The notes under the pieces: model-generated
The model's database searches: none
What the model saw: only the letters and a program-made list of their open reading frames with translations
Told to the model about the DNA's origin: nothing
Shown: positions 58,335 to 64,000 of the stretch, piece after piece
How the letters are laid out: the number at the start of each line of letters is the position of its first letter
Numbering within the stretch: the stretch's first letter is position 1
Program-made: the position numbers and the translations under genes
From: an uncultured Campylobacter sp.
GTDB taxonomy: Bacteria > Campylobacterota > Campylobacteria > Campylobacterales > Campylobacteraceae
DNA length: 64,000 nucleotides
Direction of reading: 5' to 3'
Assembly (NCBI GenBank): GCA_963520005.1
Contig: CAUQPS010000001.1
Span: 51,703 to 115,702, forward strand

Positions 58335-59579
58335 TTAGTTTTTGACGGCTTTGCCCAGATCCCACATAGGCATGAAGATACCCAGAGCCAAAAGAAGAAC
58401 CATGCCCGCCATAAAAAATAGCATGATCGGCTCGACGTAGCTTGAGATATTATCGATGATATCATCAAATTTCTCTTTGTAATAATCTGTAACGTTGCCG
58501 AGCATCTTATCGAGGTTACCGGCCTGCTCGCCCGCGCTGATCATCTGAATAAGCATACTCTCGTAAAGCCCTGTATTGTTAAACGCCTCAGTTAGGCTCA
58601 CGCCTTGCTGCACGGCGATTTTAACGGTAGAGAGTTTCTCTTTTAAAGTATGATTATCCACCATTAAAACAGATGTATCCAGCGCATCTGCGATAGGAAT
58701 ACCCGCTCGCACAAGCTCTGTAAAAATAAGCATAAATCGCGACATCGTCGAGAAAAATATGATCTTGCCGAATAGATAGACCTTTAAAATCGTCTTATCA
58801 AAGCCCTTTTTAAACTCAGGATTATTGCGATATGCCCATCTAAGAGCTATGATAGTGCCTATAATGCCTGCTAAAACAAAAATTCCATAATTATTAAGAG
58901 TACTTTCGATGCCAAGTAGAATTCTAGTAGGTAGTGGCAGATCCGCGCCCAAATCCTCAAAAATCTCACGGAATTTCGGCACGACATACATCATCAAAAC
59001 CGAAAATGCAATCGCCATAACAATCATAAGGATCATCGGATAACGCATCGCCTTTTTAAATTTACGCTGGTTTTCCCAAAGCTCTTGAAGCATAGCGGCA
59101 AGCTTGGCTAGAGACTCTGCCATATTACCGGTTGCTTCGCCCAGACTTACCATCGCAACGACGACATCACCGAGCTGACCTCTAAATTTCTCCGTAGACT
59201 CTGTCAAGCTAAGACCTGCGTTAAGATCATCATTCATAGCACTAAAAATCTCTTTTAGCGTCTTATCCTCTGCCGCTCTTGCGACCTCTTTGATCGAGTC
59301 GTGGATTGAAATTCCGGCATTTGTCATAACCGAAAGTTGACGGATCGACGCTACTAACGGCATCGTTCTAACTCTTCCGCTACCACCTAGCATGCGCGAA
59401 ACCTGCGCCTTAAAATCGCCGCCCGTATTGGCTACAACCTGGGTTTCACCTCTTTTTACGATCGTCCCGCCTACGCGCTGCTTCATAAGGTTGTTTGCTT
59501 GCACTTTATCGCTGGCTTGCAAAAACATCTTTCTTCTTGCGCCCTTGGCGTTGTATTCAACTTCTAATTGCTTTTTCAT
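58335..59579 (-). CDS. ctsF: T2SS-F/PilC-family platform protein (competence CtsF)
   Basis: RQLSVMTNAGISI, GEATGNM, KAMRYP, AGEQAGNLD, VEPIM...LGIFMPMW. Confidence 0.88.
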   Translation of the reverse strand: MKKQLEVEYNAKGARRKMFLQASDKVQANNLMKQRVGGTIVKRGETQVVANTGGDFKAQVSRMLGGSGRVRTMPLVASIRQLSVMTNAGISIHDSIKEVARAAEDKTLKEIFSAMNDDLNAGLSLTESTEKFRGQLGDVVVAMVSLGEATGNMAESLAKLAAMLQELWENQRKFKKAMRYPMILMIVMAIAFSVLMMYVVPKFREIFEDLGADLPLPTRILLGIESTLNNYGIFVLAGIIGTIIALRWAYRNNPEFKKGFDKTILKVYLFGKIIFFSTMSRFMLIFTELVRAGIPIADALDTSVLMVDNHTLKEKLSTVKIAVQQGVSLTEAFNNTGLYESMLIQMISAGEQAGNLDKMLGNVTDYYKEKFDDIIDNISSYVEPIMLFFMAGMVLLLALGIFMPMWDLGKAVKN

Positions 59580-61324
59580 TGTTTAGCCACCCTATAAATT
59601 TCTTCTATACTAGTTACTCCGCGCGCAGCACGTATAACACCGTCTTCAAACATATCTATAAATCCCTCCTCCTTCGCTAAGGCTCTCATATCGTCCTTTG
59701 AGCCACCGTTAGCGATCAAGCTCTGCATTTTATCGGTAATAGGTAAAATTTCACTAATCATCTCACGCCCCATGTAGCCCGTCTGACCACATTGATCACA
59801 ACCTACGGCCTTGAAAAATGTGTATTTTTCAGGCAAGAATTCCTTCAGCTGATCAAGCATCGATTTAGGCAGATTTGTAGGCTGCTTGCAGTGCGGGCAA
59901 AGCTTTCGCACGAGACGCTGTGCCTCTACTGCAATGAGCGCACCGCTTATGAGATAGGCTTCGATACCCATGTCTACGATACGAGGTATCGCGCTAACGG
60001 CGTCGTTGGTGTGTAGGGTCGAGAAAACCAAGTGTCCCGTAAGAGCGGCCTGGATCGCGATTCTAAGGGTCTCTTGATCTCGGATCTCACCGATCATTAT
60101 GATGTCGGGGTCTTGTCTTAAAATCGAGCGCAGTGCCGAAGCAAAGGTAAGACCTGCTTTTTCGTTAACTTGGACTTGTTGGATTAAATTTACTTGATAC
60201 TCTACCGGATCTTCTACGGTAATGACCTTAGTATCGATATTTTTAATATCGTTTAGTGCCGCGTATAGCGTCGTAGACTTACCGCTTCCCGTAGGTCCGG
60301 TAACCAAGATAATACCGTATGGAGCCTTCATAGCATTATTAAATTTCTTAAAGCTATCAGGGTGCATGCCGAGCTTTTCCAGGCTTATGATAACCTTGGA
60401 TTTATCTAAGATACGCATAACGGTAGATTCACCATTGATAATAGGCAGTGTCGAGATACGAAAGTCGTATTCGCGACCTGAAATTTTCATACTAAACCTG
60501 CCGTCCTGCGGCTTGCGGCGCTCGGCGATATCCATATTCGAAAGTAGCTTCAAGCGGCTTACCAGCGGCGGATAGATATCTTTATCAAAGATAAAAATTT
60601 CAGCGAGCATTCCGTCGATTCTGGTGCGCACGACGCAGTTATTCTCGGTAGGCTCGATGTGAATATCACTACCGCGCATCTTAATAGACTGGCTGATTAT
60701 CATCTCAATGAGCTTTAAAATCGCCGAGGTATCATCGCTGCTTCCGCTACCGCCGGTGTTAGCAAGCTCTTTGCGGATCTCCGCTACGAGCCCTTTAATG
60801 CTCTCTGAAAGCTCAAGCTTAGATAGATATTTATTTACCTGATTTGGATCAGCTACTACGATTTTAAGCAGCTGCTTGCTAAACATAGCTTGCGCTTTAT
60901 CTTGTGACTCAAGATTAAACGGATCAGAAAAAGCAACGTAAATATTCAGATCATCCGCTTTAACCGGTATCACGCCGTATCTTTTAAGCTGTGCGGTAGG
61001 AGTGCGTTCCGATAGTCTGAAATCTATGTCGATATCGTCTAAATTCATATACGATAGGTTCATTTTCTTGGCTAGAATTTGCAAAAATTCCTTCGGATCC
61101 ATCGAAAATTTTTCGCTTATATCGTCAAATTCTATCTGACGACGTTTGTATAGCTCAACTAAAATCGAGCAAAAATCATCCTGGCTTAGATAGTTATCTC
61201 CGACTAAAACCTCGCCTAGCGTCAAGCCGATATCCATTTTGTCCTTGATTTCCGGAACAACGGTGCTAGTAAGGATATTGTTTCGTATTAAAATCGCAAC
61301 AATCTGCTCTTCAATCTTTGTCAT
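59576..61324 (-). CDS. ctsE: GspE/PilB-family ATPase (competence CtsE)
   Basis: SDIHIEP, DIAERRKPQDGR, TGPTGSGKSTT, LRQDPDIIMIGEIRD, STLHTND, CPHC/CDQC zinc motif. Confidence 0.92.
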   Translation of the reverse strand: MTKIEEQIVAILIRNNILTSTVVPEIKDKMDIGLTLGEVLVGDNYLSQDDFCSILVELYKRRQIEFDDISEKFSMDPKEFLQILAKKMNLSYMNLDDIDIDFRLSERTPTAQLKRYGVIPVKADDLNIYVAFSDPFNLESQDKAQAMFSKQLLKIVVADPNQVNKYLSKLELSESIKGLVAEIRKELANTGGSGSSDDTSAILKLIEMIISQSIKMRGSDIHIEPTENNCVVRTRIDGMLAEIFIFDKDIYPPLVSRLKLLSNMDIAERRKPQDGRFSMKISGREYDFRISTLPIINGESTVMRILDKSKVIISLEKLGMHPDSFKKFNNAMKAPYGIILVTGPTGSGKSTTLYAALNDIKNIDTKVITVEDPVEYQVNLIQQVQVNEKAGLTFASALRSILRQDPDIIMIGEIRDQETLRIAIQAALTGHLVFSTLHTNDAVSAIPRIVDMGIEAYLISGALIAVEAQRLVRKLCPHCKQPTNLPKSMLDQLKEFLPEKYTFFKAVGCDQCGQTGYMGREMISEILPITDKMQSLIANGGSKDDMRALAKEEGFIDMFEDGVIRAARGVTSIEEIYRVAKQ

Positions 61325-61329
61325 CGCGA

Positions 61330-61869
61330 TCACCAATAAATTTTAATCGAGCTAAGCTTATCGCCAGCGTAAATTGCAATTACCATCTTTTTTACCTCTT
61401 CCTCTTCTTTGATAAAAAGCTCGGCGCGCTCGCCGTTTTCTAGGGTAAAGACATACGTATCACTCTTTTTTACGTATGCTCTCTCCGTAAATTTATCAAA
61501 AATTTCAGACAAAATATAATTGATCTTAGGCGTGCGAATATAGCTAATATCCACGCCGTCGCAAAGCGCCAAATAAAGCATCTTTTTTTGAAAAATTATA
61601 GTCGAATAAAGAGAGGCATTCTCGCGAGCCTCTTTGGTCTTATAAAGCATCACCGTAGGCACGACGAGCTCATTTACTTTATCCATCTTAAGGCACGCTT
61701 TGGCATACATATTTGCAAGTGCCTCGCTCTGCTCCTCGATGAATAAATTTCGCACGCTTTCTTGGCAGATACGGTTATACTGACCGATCTGATCCCAGTT
61801 GCGCACGTCATCGGCACTAACTGCAAATAACGACGCGATCGCAAAAGCTAAAATATATAAAATTTTCAT
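61330..61869 (-). CDS. Exported hypothetical protein in the cts operon
   Basis: Signal peptide MKILYILAFAIASLFA; overlaps the upstream gene and ends 5 nt before the ctsE start. Confidence 0.7.
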   Translation of the reverse strand: MKILYILAFAIASLFAVSADDVRNWDQIGQYNRICQESVRNLFIEEQSEALANMYAKACLKMDKVNELVVPTVMLYKTKEARENASLYSTIIFQKKMLYLALCDGVDISYIRTPKINYILSEIFDKFTERAYVKKSDTYVFTLENGERAELFIKEEEEVKKMVIAIYAGDKLSSIKIYW

Positions 61870-62873
61870 AGTTTATCGCTTCTTATCTTTGAAATGAGGT
61901 TAGAAATTTCGCTATTTTTCGCCTTTGCATTAAAGGTTTCAAGAGCGTAAAGCGCGTCTTCTTTACGACCCTTTTTATAATTGGCTTTGGCAAAAATTAT
62001 CCAGCTAGCGACGTTGTCCTTATCAAGCTCATTTGACGTAAGAGCCCATTTGATCGCATTGTCGTAGTCTTTCTTATTATACGCTTCTTCGGCTAGCGAT
62101 AGCGAATACTCAATCTTATTCGTCGCGTAAAATTTGCTCTCCAAGCTCTGCTTATCTTCGCTTAAATTTGAAGTTTTTATCTCAATCCTGGAACTTAGCG
62201 GAGCGCTACTTGCGGTATTTGTAGAACCTCCAGCGAAATTTGATTTAGGTGGCAATGGAGCGCGTCCAAAATCTATAACCTCGTTTTTAGGCGGCTGATT
62301 TGCAAAAGCTGCGTTATTGGTATTAGGTACGTTAAATGTAGGAGCATTTTGATTGCCAAAATTCTGTCCGCCAAAATTTTGACCGCCGAAATTCTGAGCC
62401 TGAGCCTGCCCGCCATAGTTTCCGCCATTTTCGTAATTATTGGTTATCTTAAACCCACCGGAATCCTCGCTGGATAGCACACCCACGTCGTTTAAATTTA
62501 AGCTTGGGCGTTCCTTTTCGTGTTTAGAGGCGCGGGCAACTTTCGGCGCGCTGATATTGTAATCTTCTTTGGAAATATTATTTTGCACTGCAAGATCTGC
62601 CGCCTGCTGCTCGGCATCATTAGCAGAATTTGAAGCACCGCCCTTGTCCTCAATATTTTGATTGATACTTGCCATACTGACGCTATCACTATCTTTAAGC
62701 AGCCAAAATATCGCTCCGATCGCAACCGAGATCAATATCAAAAGCCCCAAAATCGTCTTGTCAAATCTCAATACGAAATTCGGCTTAGATTTCAGGAAAG
62801 AAAACTGCTTTCTGTTTTTGTTATACTCTTCCCATTTTTTTTCAAGTTCGTTTACTTCGTAAAATTCAAGCAT
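61866..62873 (-). CDS. Membrane-anchored TPR protein (CtsX-like)
   Basis: Single TM, disordered N/Q/G-rich linker, C-terminal TPR (AIKWALTSNELDKDNVASWIIFAKA); position downstream of ctsP. Confidence 0.7.
   Translation of the reverse strand: MLEFYEVNELEKKWEEYNKNRKQFSFLKSKPNFVLRFDKTILGLLILISVAIGAIFWLLKDSDSVSMASINQNIEDKGGASNSANDAEQQAADLAVQNNISKEDYNISAPKVARASKHEKERPSLNLNDVGVLSSEDSGGFKITNNYENGGNYGGQAQAQNFGGQNFGGQNFGNQNAPTFNVPNTNNAAFANQPPKNEVIDFGRAPLPPKSNFAGGSTNTASSAPLSSRIEIKTSNLSEDKQSLESKFYATNKIEYSLSLAEEAYNKKDYDNAIKWALTSNELDKDNVASWIIFAKANYKKGRKEDALYALETFNAKAKNSEISNLISKIRSDKL
62355..62399 (-). repeat. In-frame 15-bp tandem repeat x3 (QNFGG) in the CtsX-like linker
   Basis: GCCAAAATTCTGTCC / GCCAAAATTTTGACC / GCCGAAATTCTGAGC on the plus strand. 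Confidence 0.75.
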
Positions 62874-63696
62874 TTATTATCCCCGAGCCTATCGCTGCCA
62901 TCTCTATAATTTTATTATTAATCTGCGAAAAACTAATTTCCGTAGGTTTATTTACTTCGTAATACTCAAAAAGCTCATACATCTTATACATAAGCTTGTT
63001 GATGTTTCTCATATTGCCGTCCGTTAAATTTAAAATCAAATCGAAATTATCGTCGCTAAACATAAAATAGTATTGTTGAAAGCCATGAAGCACAAGCTTC
63101 TTTTCAATATACAGCTTGACTTCGCCTAAATTTGAATTAGGAAGCTCGATGCTTTCCCAAATTCTAGTTTTAAAATAATCCTTCGCGAGGCGATCTTCCT
63201 CGTCAGTCTTATGCACCGTAAATAAAAATTTAAATAATCTGGTATCTGCCATAAGGCGAATTTTTTCTATCAAATTCCCAGGATACAGCTGAGCCTCGTC
63301 TAGCAAAATAACGACCTGCTCTACCGCCCCTACGTTAGTAGAAATTCCAAATCTCTCTCTGTAAACTCGCATAAAATTCTCGTAATTATCAATCGGCTCG
63401 CTAGGAGTTGAATGAAAAATCTGCGAATAAAGCTCTAAGAAAAATTCTTTCTCATCAAAAAACGGTTGCGGCACAAATACGACTCTTACCTTTTTCTCAA
63501 GATCGACCTTGATTTTATTAAGCAAAAATGTCTTGCCGCAACCCGGTTTGCCGTAAAAAAGTATAAGTTTTAACGGCTTTTGCAAAGCATTTAAAATTTT
63601 ATGATAAGCAAGGGTAGATTTATCGAGATTAACGAAGTCTGAGACTTCGTTATCCTCGATAAAGATCTCCTTGATCGCCGTATAGTTATTACTCAT
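62866..63696 (-). CDS. ctsP: ExeA/MshM-like AAA ATPase (competence CtsP)
   Basis: Walker A GKPGCGKT, Walker B ILLDEAQ, GNMRNINKL; follows the secretin gene. Confidence 0.82.
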   Translation of the reverse strand: MSNNYTAIKEIFIEDNEVSDFVNLDKSTLAYHKILNALQKPLKLILFYGKPGCGKTFLLNKIKVDLEKKVRVVFVPQPFFDEKEFFLELYSQIFHSTPSEPIDNYENFMRVYRERFGISTNVGAVEQVVILLDEAQLYPGNLIEKIRLMADTRLFKFLFTVHKTDEEDRLAKDYFKTRIWESIELPNSNLGEVKLYIEKKLVLHGFQQYYFMFSDDNFDLILNLTDGNMRNINKLMYKMYELFEYYEVNKPTEISFSQINNKIIEMAAIGSGIINA

Positions 63697-64000
63697 TTTC
63701 GTAGATGGATTTTGAGTAACCTAGCTCTTTAAGAGAGGTAGCAAGCGGCGCGCCGGTATTGTCGATGATATGTGGAGTTACAACAAATATTAGCTCCGAC
63801 GTTCGCAAAACATCAGCAGTGCTTTTGAAAAGATTTCCGATTAGCGGAATTTCGGCTAGCACAGGCACCCTAGTGTTATCTTTCGACTTAGTTGCGCCGA
63901 TTAAACCGCCTAAAATTACAGTATCGCCATCATCTACCCAAACTACGCTTGAGAGTTTCTTTTGCAAGGTATCAGGTGCAATCTCTCTTCTATTATTTGT
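63689..64000 (-). CDS. ctsD: Secretin (CtsD/MshL-type), C-terminal part only
   Basis: Frame open to the window edge; DGDTVILGGLI...VPVLAEIPLIGNLFK...ELIFVVTP secretin signature. Confidence 0.85.
   Translation of the reverse strand, partial: TNNRREIAPDTLQKKLSSVVWVDDGDTVILGGLIGATKSKDNTRVPVLAEIPLIGNLFKSTADVLRTSELIFVVTPHIIDNTGAPLATSLKELGYSKSIYENE

Noticed and set aside
1..64000. Prophage, IS element or integrase
   Set aside because: No transposase, recombinase or phage structural ORFs recognised, and no terminal inverted repeats with target duplications seen.

Overview
Chromosomal window from a Campylobacter-like epsilonproteobacterium. The moderately GC-rich coding style and long AAATTT/GCGC-rich spacers resemble Campylobacter gracilis; this is an inference, not a database match. 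Most of the window is core genes in familiar Campylobacter order: upp; murF-hydrolase-Phd-ddl-ruvA; an Mla-type ABC operon; murJ-cysS-msbA; mqnC-M16 peptidase-recG; hisS-speA-cysE-aspartate aminotransferase; htpG; ftsK, ftsW, murG; and the cts (T2SS-like competence) operon, cut by the right edge. Accessory elements are a frameshifted SDR pseudogene, an MNT-HEPN toxin-antitoxin pair, a respiratory cluster (TsdA plus a LysR-linked fccABC-like flavocytochrome c lacking one fumarate-reductase catalytic His), two AT-rich islets (one behind a G12 tract in a promoter), and several orphan small genes. The most striking unexplained pattern is the pervasive RAATTY-rich repeat DNA. It inflates spacers inside normally tight operons, includes a recurrent 14-bp palindrome AAATTTTAAAATTT, and appears in-frame as large low-complexity inserts in RecG (about 390 aa) and MurF (about 105 aa). 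Other observations are a probable ATA start codon for ftsK and CIRCE-like plus HAIR-like operators at the htpG promoter. No rRNA, tRNA, CRISPR array or transposase was recognised.
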